Positions 18,872 through 28,101 of a stretch of 64,000 bases of DNA are shown one piece after another. Source of the DNA: Bacteroidetes bacterium UBA1935 (GTDB lineage Bacteria > Bacteroidota > Bacteroidia > Chitinophagales > Chitinophagaceae). The notes below the pieces were generated by a model, which did no database searches, was not told the origin of the DNA, and saw only the letters and a list, made by a program, of their open reading frames with translations. Both the position numbers and the translations under genes were made by a program. The stretch covers positions 215,143 through 279,142 of the forward strand of contig DDFF01000008.1 of assembly GCA_002337045.1 (NCBI GenBank). Reading direction: 5' to 3'. Within the stretch, counting starts at the first letter, position 1. Each line of letters begins with the position of its first letter.

Positions 18872-19666
18872 ATGATTATAGTTAGTGTGTTGATTACTTT
18901 ATATAACAGGAAAGACCTGATACGTGAAACCCTTGATAGCGTATTATTATCGGCATATAAAGATTTTGAAGTAATAGTTGTTGATGATTGCTCTACTGAT
19001 GATTCATACGCTGTGGCACTGGAATATGCGAAAAAAGATGCGAGGGTGCGTGTATTCAAAAATGAAACTAATCTTGGAGATTATAAAAATCGAAACAAAG
19101 CAGCATCTTACGCTCAAGGGAAGTACATAAAGTATGTAGACTCAGACGATATTATGTATGCGCATTGCCTGCAGGTAATGGTTGAGGCTATGGAAAAGTA
19201 TCCGGATGCAGGCTTTGCATTGTGTGCTAAAGCAGATTATTACCATAAATACCCGATGTTGCTTTCTAGTAAAGAAGCATACAAGGAGCATTTTGAAGAG
19301 TTTGGCCACTTTGATAGGTCTCCGGGTTCTGCGATAATAAAAAAAGAAGTGTTTGATAAAGTTGGCGGGTTTAGCGGAGAAAGAATGATAGGTGATTTCG
19401 ATTTGTGGTTTCGTATAGCTATGTATTACCCGATGGTTAAGATGGTTACGGGCCTGTATTGGTCTAGGATACATGAGGCACAAGAATCTCAAACAGACTA
19501 TGCGCGAGAGCAATATGCTGCATTAAGAAACATGGTAATTGAAAGGTATTTCGCACATAAAGATTGCCCGATAACAGAATCAGAAAAAAATAAATACAGA
19601 CAGCAAATAAAAAGGTATAACAGATTTAGTGCTGTTAAGCAATTTGCTCAAAGGCTTATCAGATAA
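18872..19666 (+). CDS. Glycosyltransferase family 2
   Basis: 'VSVLITLYNRKDLI', 'VVDDCSTDDS', 'YVDSDD'. Confidence 0.8.
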   Translation: MIIVSVLITLYNRKDLIRETLDSVLLSAYKDFEVIVVDDCSTDDSYAVALEYAKKDARVRVFKNETNLGDYKNRNKAASYAQGKYIKYVDSDDIMYAHCLQVMVEAMEKYPDAGFALCAKADYYHKYPMLLSSKEAYKEHFEEFGHFDRSPGSAIIKKEVFDKVGGFSGERMIGDFDLWFRIAMYYPMVKMVTGLYWSRIHEAQESQTDYAREQYAALRNMVIERYFAHKDCPITESEKNKYRQQIKRYNRFSAVKQFAQRLIR

Positions 19667-19688
19667 GCACCTGCAAAAAAAATGAATT

Positions 19689-20477
19689 ATGTTTGATCCA
19701 AAAAAATACTGGGAAAATAGACTTGCTACACATTATGACTTGATAGGTGTTGGGGATATTTCTCTTGGTTATCATTATAATAAATGGAGTTATAGCGTAA
19801 CTAGGAAAATTCTTAAACGACTATTCAAGAAATATGTAAACGCAACAAATAACGGTGCTAATGTATTGGATATTGGCCCGGGTACAGGGTTTGTTGTTGA
19901 GATATGGCAATCATTAGGCAACAATGTTACAGGTGTGGATATTTCTGCTACTGCAGTAAAAAACTTATCTGCCAAATTTCCATCAGGTGCTTTTATGGAG
20001 TTTGATATTGGTAGTGGAAAATTGCCTGTGGATGACAATCGTTTTGATTGTGTAAGTGCAGCCTCTGTTTTGTATCATATAGTTGATGATAGTGCGTTTA
20101 GTCAAGCCTTAGATAATATTTACAGAGTACTAAAACCTGGGGGCTACTTCATATTCTCAGACAATTTTATTCATGATAGAGTTTATAATATTACGCATCA
20201 GAAATGCAGAACATTGAGCGAATATGAAAATGCATTGAAGAGTAAAGGTTTTGATATAGTAGACAGGGTTCCGAATTATGTTTTAATGAATGATCCTGTG
20301 GATGCGAATACTAAATTTTATCCTCGTATCTGGAGTTTGTTGACAAGGTTGTCAAGAAAATCGAAAGTACTTGATGCGATAATCTGGCCGGTATTGTATC
20401 CTGTTGAGCTCTTTCTTACTGCTAATATGAAAGAATCTCCTGCACAGGAATTTATGATTTGCAGGGCAAAAAAATAA
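19689..20477 (+). CDS. Class I SAM-dependent methyltransferase
   Basis: Motif I 'VLDIGPGTGF', 'GVDIS', 'LKPGGYFIFSD'. Confidence 0.75.
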   Translation: MFDPKKYWENRLATHYDLIGVGDISLGYHYNKWSYSVTRKILKRLFKKYVNATNNGANVLDIGPGTGFVVEIWQSLGNNVTGVDISATAVKNLSAKFPSGAFMEFDIGSGKLPVDDNRFDCVSAASVLYHIVDDSAFSQALDNIYRVLKPGGYFIFSDNFIHDRVYNITHQKCRTLSEYENALKSKGFDIVDRVPNYVLMNDPVDANTKFYPRIWSLLTRLSRKSKVLDAIIWPVLYPVELFLTANMKESPAQEFMICRAKK

Positions 20478-20478
20478 A

Positions 20479-21738
20479 GTGAGAGTACTGATAATACCAC
20501 CCGAAGAGTTTGTTCCACAACGGAATCACTTTCTTGGTATATTTCAATATCATCAAGCCTGTATTCTGCAAAATGCAGGCTACGAGGTTGGTGTATTGTC
20601 TGTAACACAGGCTTACTCAATACCGATGCTAGCCAAATCTTTTTTGTTCAAACTGACAGGAAAGGAAACCGGGAATAATACAGATGATTTGTCTTTGAAG
20701 CAATTATTGGCACTAGCTAATAATAAACTGTTTCACCAAGATAAATATATTGTTGAAGAAAAGGTTGGGGATATTAATGTGTTCAGAGTAGAAGGGTTCT
20801 ACTACATGGCGCCATCAGACTATACCAATAGTTATGGTTGGATAAAAGCCGGGCTTGCAGCATTCAAAAAATATGTTGCCAAGTATGGTATGCCCGATGT
20901 AGTACATGCACATAATGCAATGTATTCGGGTATGTTGGCAAATGCCATCAAGAATATTTACAAAGTGCCTTATGTAATTACTGAACACAGTACATGGCAT
21001 GCGCGTGGTCTTATAAAAGATAGACGCCTTCACAATCTGATGCACAGAGCATACCTGAAAAGCCATGGTGCATATGCAGTGAGCAAACCATTTTGTGAAT
21101 TGCTCGCCACTAAGTTTAGCGGAGCAAAGTTTAACTATTTCCCGAATGTGCTTGATCCGTTTTTAGAAGCATATAAATACCAGACAATAGAAAAGGATGC
21201 AGGGAGTGATTTTGTGTTTCTGAATATTGCAGAGCTTCACCCAAAGAAAAATCACAAACTGCTGATAAATGCATTTGCAGCGTTGAAGAAACAATCAAAG
21301 TATGCACATGCTAAACTTTGGTTAGCGGGCAGTGGTTCAGAGTATGATGCTATTAAAGCGCAGATAGAAAACTTGCAATTGCAAAACGATGTAATAATGC
21401 ATGGTTTACTTAGCAGGCAGAAAATACTGGAGTCGATACAACAAGCTGATTCAATCGTATTATCTAGTGATTATGAAACATTTGGTGTTGTGCTGATAGA
21501 AGGAATGTTATTTGGTAAGCCGGTAATAGCTACAAAATGTGGTGGCCCCGAATCATTTGTTAATGATAAATGTGGCATATTGATAGAAACTGGAAGCGAA
21601 ACTCAATTGACTGATGCAATGGCGTCGCAGATAGATAATAGCACATCTTACGATGCAACGGTTATCCGAAACTATGCACTCGAGCAATTTGGTGCAGCAA
21701 GTTTTCTGAAAAAGATAAAAGAGATATACCCTAATTAA
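20479..21738 (+). CDS. Glycosyltransferase, GT4-like
   Basis: 'LSSDYETFGVVLIEGMLFGKPVIATKCGGPESFV'. GTG start 1 nt after the upstream TAA. Confidence 0.8.
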   Translation: MRVLIIPPEEFVPQRNHFLGIFQYHQACILQNAGYEVGVLSVTQAYSIPMLAKSFLFKLTGKETGNNTDDLSLKQLLALANNKLFHQDKYIVEEKVGDINVFRVEGFYYMAPSDYTNSYGWIKAGLAAFKKYVAKYGMPDVVHAHNAMYSGMLANAIKNIYKVPYVITEHSTWHARGLIKDRRLHNLMHRAYLKSHGAYAVSKPFCELLATKFSGAKFNYFPNVLDPFLEAYKYQTIEKDAGSDFVFLNIAELHPKKNHKLLINAFAALKKQSKYAHAKLWLAGSGSEYDAIKAQIENLQLQNDVIMHGLLSRQKILESIQQADSIVLSSDYETFGVVLIEGMLFGKPVIATKCGGPESFVNDKCGILIETGSETQLTDAMASQIDNSTSYDATVIRNYALEQFGAASFLKKIKEIYPN

Positions 21739-21747
21739 CCGATAAGA

Positions 21748-22497
21748 ATGGCGAGAACCAGAATCATACCAGTCCTTTTGTTGAACAAGGGTGGATTGTA
21801 TAAAACAATCAAGTTTAAGAATCCTGCATATATTGGCGACCCGATAAATGCAGTTAAGATATTTAATGAGAAAGAAGCAGATGAGTTGATTCTGTTGGAC
21901 TATACGGCATCTGTAGACAAGCGTGAGCCTGATTTTGTAAAGATTAGTGAAATAGCAAGTGAGGCATTTATGCCGATGGCATATGGGGGAGGTATCAGAA
22001 ATTACGACACAGCTAAGAAAGTGTTTGATGCTGGGTATGAAAAAGTGATATTGAATTCAATACTTTTTGAAGACCTGAAGCTGGTGGATAAAATAGCTTC
22101 AGTTTATGGTAGCCAGGCAGTAGTAGGTTGCATAGATTTTAAGAAGCCATTGCTGAGTAAGAACAAAGCATTCGGATATTCGGGGACAAAGTCATCAAGC
22201 CATACCCCTGTTGAATGGGCTAAACAATTACAGCAAGCAGGCGTAGGTGAGATAATGATTAATAGTATCGAACTGGACGGTACTTGGGATGGGTATGCAA
22301 CTGATGTGATTAAAGAAGTGTCCTCAAATATAAATGTGCCGTTAATAGCTTGCGGGGGTGCAGGTACACTAGATGATTTTCAGAAGGCTGTAGATAATGG
22401 AGCATCAGCGGTTGCTGCAGGTAGTATGTTTGTGTTTCAGAAAAAAGGCATGGGAGTACTGATCAATTTCCCTACCGGAAAAGTAATTTCTAAGTGA
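21748..22497 (+). CDS. HisF-like cyclase subunit (WbuZ/AglZ-HisF2-type acetamidino modification protein)
   Basis: (beta/alpha)8 HisF pattern 'RIIPVLLLNKGGLYKT', 'DELILLD', 'AYGGGIRN', 'GEIMINSIELDGT', 'IACGGAGT'. Confidence 0.8.
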   Translation: MARTRIIPVLLLNKGGLYKTIKFKNPAYIGDPINAVKIFNEKEADELILLDYTASVDKREPDFVKISEIASEAFMPMAYGGGIRNYDTAKKVFDAGYEKVILNSILFEDLKLVDKIASVYGSQAVVGCIDFKKPLLSKNKAFGYSGTKSSSHTPVEWAKQLQQAGVGEIMINSIELDGTWDGYATDVIKEVSSNINVPLIACGGAGTLDDFQKAVDNGASAVAAGSMFVFQKKGMGVLINFPTGKVISK

Positions 22498-23574
22498 AGC
22501 AGTTAAGGTATTACCCTCAACTAGATGGCATTCGTTTTATCTGTATTGCACTGGTATTATTTGATCACTGGGGAATAAGAGAATTAATACATGTACACAC
22601 AGGCCCAGCAGGTGTGGCATTTTTTTTGTTTTAAGTGGATTCCTATTGGGGGAAATACTTTTCCTTGAAAAAGAGAAAGGCCTGGCTAAATGGAGTATTA
22701 TCAAAAACTTCTTTGTAAGGCGAACACTACGAATCTTCCCATTGTATTATGCAACAATACTACTATATGCTTTGCTGGTAACTACTGGGGGCATTTTATG
22801 GTGGAATTTGTTGTACACCAATAATATATTACAAGCAATAGATGTTAATTGGGTGCCAAAAGAGTTTTGGCCACTATGGTCTTTGTGTGTAGAAGAACAG
22901 TTCTATTTGTTCTTTCCGTTTTTATGGTGAGCTTGTCTGTAAAAGCAATAAGAAGATATTTGGTTGCAGGAATTCTATTTGCTGTAGTAGGCCGGATAGT
23001 GCTAATTTCTGTAAATAATAATTTGTACGAAATCAGTGCTTATGCGTTAATGCCTTTTTGTCTTGATTGCTTATTTCTCGGGGTGCTGTTAGCTTATTAT
23101 AAACTTTATAAGAACGAAACCATCACCTCGGTGTTTAAAAAATATCCTATAAACATATTGTTGGTTCTATTCATAATTGTTCAAATCGTTTTACAGCGTT
23201 TCGGGTGGCCACTATTCAACAATGCAATAGGTAGATTATTCGCAAGTATTACGGGTGTTGTATTGATTGGCTACTCTGTGCTTGTAGGGTATAAAGGGTG
23301 GTTTCAGAAGGTGCTGGAAAATAAGTTTATTTCTTACTTGGGGAAAATATCTTACGGCCTTTATTTGTTACACGCATTTGTTCAGGTGTTTTATGAAAAA
23401 TACCTGATTAATAATCCTGTCAAACTCTCACTTGCTAATCTGAATTTACCCATCATAAGCAACAGGTACCTGATAGATTTTGTTTTTCTATTCATAATAA
23501 CTGTTGCAGTAGCTCATATTTCGTATCAATATTTCGAAAAAAGTTTTTTAAAGTATAAATCAAAGTTTGTCTGA
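22494..23574 (+). pseudogene. Acyltransferase family 3 (membrane O-acyltransferase) gene interrupted by two -1 frameshifts
   Basis: Three consecutive frames together spell a complete AT3 protein. Frame 0 (22494-22634) gives 'LDGIRFICIALVLFDHW...GVAFF'. Frame 2 (to 22930) gives 'FFVLSGFLLGEI...RRTLRIFPLYY...WSLCVEEQFYLFFPF'. Frame 1 (to 23574) gives the TM-rich C-terminus. The breaks fall at a T8 run (22620-22627) and a T5 run (22919-22923). Confidence 0.8.
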
Positions 23575-23575
23575 A

Positions 23576-24604
23576 ATGGCTGACAATAAAATCAAATTTG
23601 CATTAGTAGGTTGTGGCCGTATAGCACAACGCCATGCAGAACATATCAATAAGCAAGGTGTGCTTGTTGCAGTATGCGATGTGGTAAAAGAAAAAGCAGA
23701 CGCGCTGGCAGAACTGTACGGAGCGAAAGCATATTACGATATAGATACGCTTTTAGCTAACGAAAAGGATATTGATGTAGTGTCTATATGCTCGCCAAAT
23801 GGTTTGCATGCGGAACATTCTATCAAAGCACTGAAGGCGGGCTTCCACGCACTGTGCGAAAAGCCTATGGCCATAAATGTGCACGACTGTGGCGAAATGA
23901 TAAAGGCTGCTGAACAATCTAACAAGCGTTTATTCGCTATTAAGCAAAACAGGTTCAATCCGCCTGTAGCTGCTGTAAAGCAAGCAATAGATGAAGGCCG
24001 TTTCGGGAAAATATTCAGTGTGCAGCTAAGCTGTTTCTGGAACAGGAATGATGACTATTATGCGAACTCCTGGAAAGGAACAAAAGACCTTGATGGTGGT
24101 ACGTTATATACACAGTTCTCCCACTTTGTAGACTTGCTCTACTGGATGATTGGTGATATCAAGAACGTACAGGCATATATTGGTAACTACGCCCACAAAG
24201 ACACCATTGAATTTGAAGATACAGGTGCAATTATTGCAGAGTTCTACAATGGTGCAATAGGTACTATCAACTATACGGTAAATAGCTATCAGAAAAATAT
24301 GGAAGGTTCACTGACCATATTTGCAGAGAATGGTACTGTGAAAATTGGAGGTCAATATCTGAATGAGCTGGAATACCAGAACATAAAAGACTATAAAATT
24401 GAAAATCTGCCAGAAGGCAATAAGCCTAATAACTATGGCTCTTATCAAGGTTCTATGTCGAACCATGATAAAGTTTATGAAAACCTGATAAATGTACTTA
24501 CACATAATGCTGCTATTTCTACAAGTGCATTTGAGGGTTTGAAAACAGTAGAGATAATCGATAAGATTTACACTGCAGCTGTAAATGTTAAAAACAACGG
24601 ATAA
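23576..24604 (+). CDS. Gfo/Idh/MocA-family NAD-dependent sugar oxidoreductase (WbpB/WlbA-like 3-dehydrogenase)
   Basis: 'KFALVGCGRIAQRHAEHI', 'LCEKPMA'; 342 aa. Sits next to an aminotransferase and an acetyltransferase, as in wbpB-D-E / wlbA-B-C. Confidence 0.7.
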   Translation: MADNKIKFALVGCGRIAQRHAEHINKQGVLVAVCDVVKEKADALAELYGAKAYYDIDTLLANEKDIDVVSICSPNGLHAEHSIKALKAGFHALCEKPMAINVHDCGEMIKAAEQSNKRLFAIKQNRFNPPVAAVKQAIDEGRFGKIFSVQLSCFWNRNDDYYANSWKGTKDLDGGTLYTQFSHFVDLLYWMIGDIKNVQAYIGNYAHKDTIEFEDTGAIIAEFYNGAIGTINYTVNSYQKNMEGSLTIFAENGTVKIGGQYLNELEYQNIKDYKIENLPEGNKPNNYGSYQGSMSNHDKVYENLINVLTHNAAISTSAFEGLKTVEIIDKIYTAAVNVKNNG

Positions 24605-25740
24605 TGCGAGGATACAACGTTACACCTTACAGGCAATGCTCACAATGTATCATGGATACAAACGATGATCCTTTCATCAAATTTGATGACAAAGGCATTT
24701 GTAACCATTGTATAACATATGAGCAGGAAGAAAAGCAGTTTGTGAAGAGCGGCCAGGAAGGGGAACGTGAACTACAATCTATAATTGATAAGATAAAAGC
24801 AGACGGCAAGGGCAAGAAGTACGATTGTGTACTAGGTATTAGTGGTGGTGTAGACAGTAGTTATCTGGCTTATGTAGCAAAGGAGTGGGGTATTCGTCCG
24901 CTTGGTGTGCATTGCGATAATGGCTGGAACTCGGAACTTGCTGTGCAGAATATTCAATCCATTGTCAGAACGCTGGATATGGATCTTGATACCTATGTCA
25001 TTAACTGGGAAGAGTTCAGGGATATTCAGTTAGCATACCTGAAAGCGAACGTGATAGACATAGAAGCCATAACAGACCTTGCCTTTCGCGCAGTGCTAAA
25101 AAAGACAGCACATAAGTACAAAGTAAAATACTTTTTGTCTGGCGATAATGTTGTTACTGAATCTGTACTGCCACGCGCGTGGATATGTAAGGATACATCT
25201 AACCTTGTAAGTATACATGAAAAATACGGCAGTGTTCCGTTAAAGACGTACCCGTTGATGACACCACTGAAGGAGCTCTATTACGACAAAACAAACCCTA
25301 CTGAAAGCCTTGCATTGCTCAATCTCATGGACTATAAGAAAGACCATGTGAAGGATGTAATCAAAACAAAGCTGGGTTGGAGAGATTATGGTGGTAAGCA
25401 CTTCGAATCTGTATTCACACGTTTCTATCAGGCGTATATATTGCCCAATAAGTTTGGTGTTGATAAGCGTAAGGCACACTTGTCGAACCTGATATGCTCG
25501 GGTCAGATAACAAAAGCAGAAGCGCTGGAAGAACTGAAAGAAGTGTATTATCCGGATGAGATGATGCGTATAGACAAGGAGTTTGTATTGAAAAAGCTTG
25601 GTCTGAGCGAGCAGGCTTTTGATGAATACATGAAAGCAGAACCGCTACCGCATGAACATTATGGTATAGGTAAAACCATATACGATAAATACAAAGTATT
25701 GAAACTTATTCGGCCTATCGTAAACCTCATTAAAAACTAA
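24604..25740 (+). CDS. N-acetyl sugar amidotransferase (WbuX/WbpG/PseA family), copy 2
   Basis: 'CSQC...CNHC', 'GISGGVDSSY', 'DNGWNSE', 'YGGKHFESVFTRFYQAYILPNKFGVDKRKAH'. TAATG overlap with the upstream gene. Confidence 0.8.
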   Translation: MRGYNVTPYRQCSQCIMDTNDDPFIKFDDKGICNHCITYEQEEKQFVKSGQEGERELQSIIDKIKADGKGKKYDCVLGISGGVDSSYLAYVAKEWGIRPLGVHCDNGWNSELAVQNIQSIVRTLDMDLDTYVINWEEFRDIQLAYLKANVIDIEAITDLAFRAVLKKTAHKYKVKYFLSGDNVVTESVLPRAWICKDTSNLVSIHEKYGSVPLKTYPLMTPLKELYYDKTNPTESLALLNLMDYKKDHVKDVIKTKLGWRDYGGKHFESVFTRFYQAYILPNKFGVDKRKAHLSNLICSGQITKAEALEELKEVYYPDEMMRIDKEFVLKKLGLSEQAFDEYMKAEPLPHEHYGIGKTIYDKYKVLKLIRPIVNLIKN

Positions 25741-25743
25741 AAG

Positions 25744-26490
25744 ATGATTAAAGTTGCATACCTGGGCGCTAAAACTGTAGGGTTAGAATGTTTGAAGTTT
25801 TTGATAGAAAAAGCCTCGGGTAATAATATTGAAATTGCAGCAGTGTTTACCAACCTCAACAGGAACGCAAGTACAAACAGAGAGTTGATTGGCCTTGCGG
25901 AAACTAACAATATTCCTGTTTACGAAGAGTTGGATGATATGCTCACACTGCCGGGGTTTGATTATATCATCTCTGTGCAATATCATAAAATACTAAAGCC
26001 ACAGCATATAGCACGTGCCACAAAGCTTGCCATCAATCTGCACATGGCTCCACTGCCTGAGTACAGGGGATGCAATCAGTTTTCTTATGCAATAGTAGAA
26101 GGTGCAAAAGTGTTTGGTACAACTTTGCATGTATTGGACGTGGGAATAGATAGTGGGGATATCATTGCCGAAAAACGCTTTGATATGCCCGAAGGGATTT
26201 ATGTAGAACAGCTTTTTCAAATGACCTCCGAAAAGTCTGTTGAGTTGTTTAGAGAAAGCATACTTGATATTCTTAACGGAAAATATACACGCATACCTCA
26301 AAAAGATCTGGTAGCAGAAAGAGGGACTAAGATTGTATACCGAAAAGATATTGACAAGCTGAAGCAAATAGATCTTAGCTGGGATAAAGAAACAATTGAG
26401 CGATACATCAGAGCAACGCTGATGCCCAACTTTGAACCTCCGTATACATATGTAGGTGGAGAGAAAATATATTTTACAACAAAATACTAA
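25744..26490 (+). CDS. Formyltransferase-domain protein (putative sugar N-formyltransferase)
   Basis: 'INLHMAPLPEYRGCN' (the HxxLPxxRG motif of the Fmt/PurN fold), 'GIDSGDII'; 248 aa with no tRNA-binding C-terminal domain. Confidence 0.7.
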   Translation: MIKVAYLGAKTVGLECLKFLIEKASGNNIEIAAVFTNLNRNASTNRELIGLAETNNIPVYEELDDMLTLPGFDYIISVQYHKILKPQHIARATKLAINLHMAPLPEYRGCNQFSYAIVEGAKVFGTTLHVLDVGIDSGDIIAEKRFDMPEGIYVEQLFQMTSEKSVELFRESILDILNGKYTRIPQKDLVAERGTKIVYRKDIDKLKQIDLSWDKETIERYIRATLMPNFEPPYTYVGGEKIYFTTKY

Positions 26491-26506
26491 TCTGAGCCCC
26501 GGAATT

Positions 26507-26992
26507 ATGACACATAAAGATGAGCCGGTAAACAAGCCTCACCTTTTACAATGCAAAATCGTTGATACTACCTTCGGGCAAAACGTATCTGTAGTAGAAC
26601 CTGTAAATATATATGGTGCTACTATCGGGAATAACTGTTTTGTAGGCCCATTTGTTGAAATACAAAAAGGCGTAGTGATAGGGGATGGTACCAAGGTGCA
26701 ATCGCATACGTTCATTTGTGAGTTGGTAACAATTGGTGAAACATGTTTTATTGCACATGGTGTTATGTTTATTAACGACCCTTTCATCAATGGCGGGCCT
26801 GCAAGGGCTAATAAGGCATTGTGGAGAGAAACTAGAATTGGCAATAACGTATCTATAGGCTCCAATGCTACCATACTTCCCGTTACAATCTGCGACAATG
26901 CAGTAATAGGTGCCGGTGCTGTAGTGACAAAAGATATTACACAGCCCGGTGTATATGTTGGTAATCCTGCTAAAAAAATAAAAGATTTATAA
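26507..26992 (+). CDS. Hexapeptide-repeat N-acetyltransferase (WbpD/WlbB-like)
   Basis: Left-handed beta-helix repeats 'IGNNCFVGPFVEIQKGVVIGDGTKVQSH', 'IGNNVSIGSNATILPVTICDNAVIGAGAVV'. The ATG at 26507 avoids overlap with the formyltransferase. Confidence 0.75.
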   Translation: MTHKDEPVNKPHLLQCKIVDTTFGQNVSVVEPVNIYGATIGNNCFVGPFVEIQKGVVIGDGTKVQSHTFICELVTIGETCFIAHGVMFINDPFINGGPARANKALWRETRIGNNVSIGSNATILPVTICDNAVIGAGAVVTKDITQPGVYVGNPAKKIKDL

Positions 26993-26994
26993 TA

Positions 26995-28101
26995 ATGAAT
27001 ATTCCTTTCGTAGACTTAAAACAGCAATACCTGAGCATCAAAAATGATATAGATACGGGTATTCAGAATGTAATAAATAATACATCCTTCGTAGGCGGAA
27101 AGTACGTGAAGGAATTTGAAGAAGCATTTGCAAAAGCATATGGTGTTAAGCATATGATATCTGTAGCTAACGGTACCGATTCTTTGTACATCATTATGAA
27201 GATGATGGGCATAGGTGAAGGTGATGAAGTGATAACAGTAGCGAATAGTTGGATATCGAGCTCTGAAACAATAACACAGGCAGGTGCAAAGCCTGTGTTT
27301 GTAGATATTCATCCTGATTACTATAGCATTGACGAAACAAAACTGGAAGCAGCAATAACGCCTGCTACTAAAGCTATCATACTCGTTCACCTGCATGGGC
27401 AGATGTCAGATGTAGAAACTATTGCGCGTATCTGCAAGGAAAGAAACATTTATCTGATAGAAGACTGTGCACAATCTCATTTCTCTGCATTCAAAGGAGT
27501 ATATGCGGGTGTTACAGGTATTGCAGGTAGTTTTAGTTTCTACCCTGGTAAAAATCTTGGTGCTTATGGTGATGCCGGTGGTATCATTACGAATGATGAT
27601 GAGCTGGCTACAAAAATCAGAATGTTTGCAAACCACGGTGCACTTACCAAACACCAGCACCAGATAGAGGGCATCAACAGCCGTCTGGATAGTATACAGG
27701 CTGCCATATTATCTGCTAAGTTGCCACATATACACAAATGGACAGAACAGCGTATTAATAACGCTGCGCTGTATCATAAATATCTGGCTGATGTTAAGGA
27801 TATCGTATTGCCTGCAACAAGGCCCGACTCCAAACATACTTTCCACTTGTATATAATACGTACAAAGGTTCGTGAGAAGCTGATGCAATACCTGAAAGAA
27901 AATGGTATTGAAACTGCTATACACTATCCTACCGCATTGCCCAACCTGAAGGCGTATGCTTACCTGGGTCTGAAGCCTGAACAATTCCCGATAGCTACAC
28001 AGTATCAGGATGAAATATTGTCTTTACCAATGTATCCTGAACTGAAAGAAGAAGAGATAGCTTACGTAGCACAGAAAATAAAAGACTTTTTCAAGGCATA
28101 A
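26995..28101 (+). CDS. DegT/DnrJ/EryC1-family PLP-dependent sugar aminotransferase (WbpE/WlbC-like)
   Basis: 'FEEAFAKAYGVKH', 'NGTDSL', 'EDCAQSH', 'SFYPGKNLGAYGDAG' (PLP lysine). Confidence 0.88.
   Translation: MNIPFVDLKQQYLSIKNDIDTGIQNVINNTSFVGGKYVKEFEEAFAKAYGVKHMISVANGTDSLYIIMKMMGIGEGDEVITVANSWISSSETITQAGAKPVFVDIHPDYYSIDETKLEAAITPATKAIILVHLHGQMSDVETIARICKERNIYLIEDCAQSHFSAFKGVYAGVTGIAGSFSFYPGKNLGAYGDAGGIITNDDELATKIRMFANHGALTKHQHQIEGINSRLDSIQAAILSAKLPHIHKWTEQRINNAALYHKYLADVKDIVLPATRPDSKHTFHLYIIRTKVREKLMQYLKENGIETAIHYPTALPNLKAYAYLGLKPEQFPIATQYQDEILSLPMYPELKEEEIAYVAQKIKDFFKA

Noticed and set aside
22646-23574. The track's two overlapping ORFs (22646-22930 and 22849-23574) treated as separate small membrane-protein genes
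   Set aside because: Together with the untracked frame-0 segment from 22494, they reconstruct one acyltransferase-3 protein in motif order. They are fragments of a single disrupted gene.
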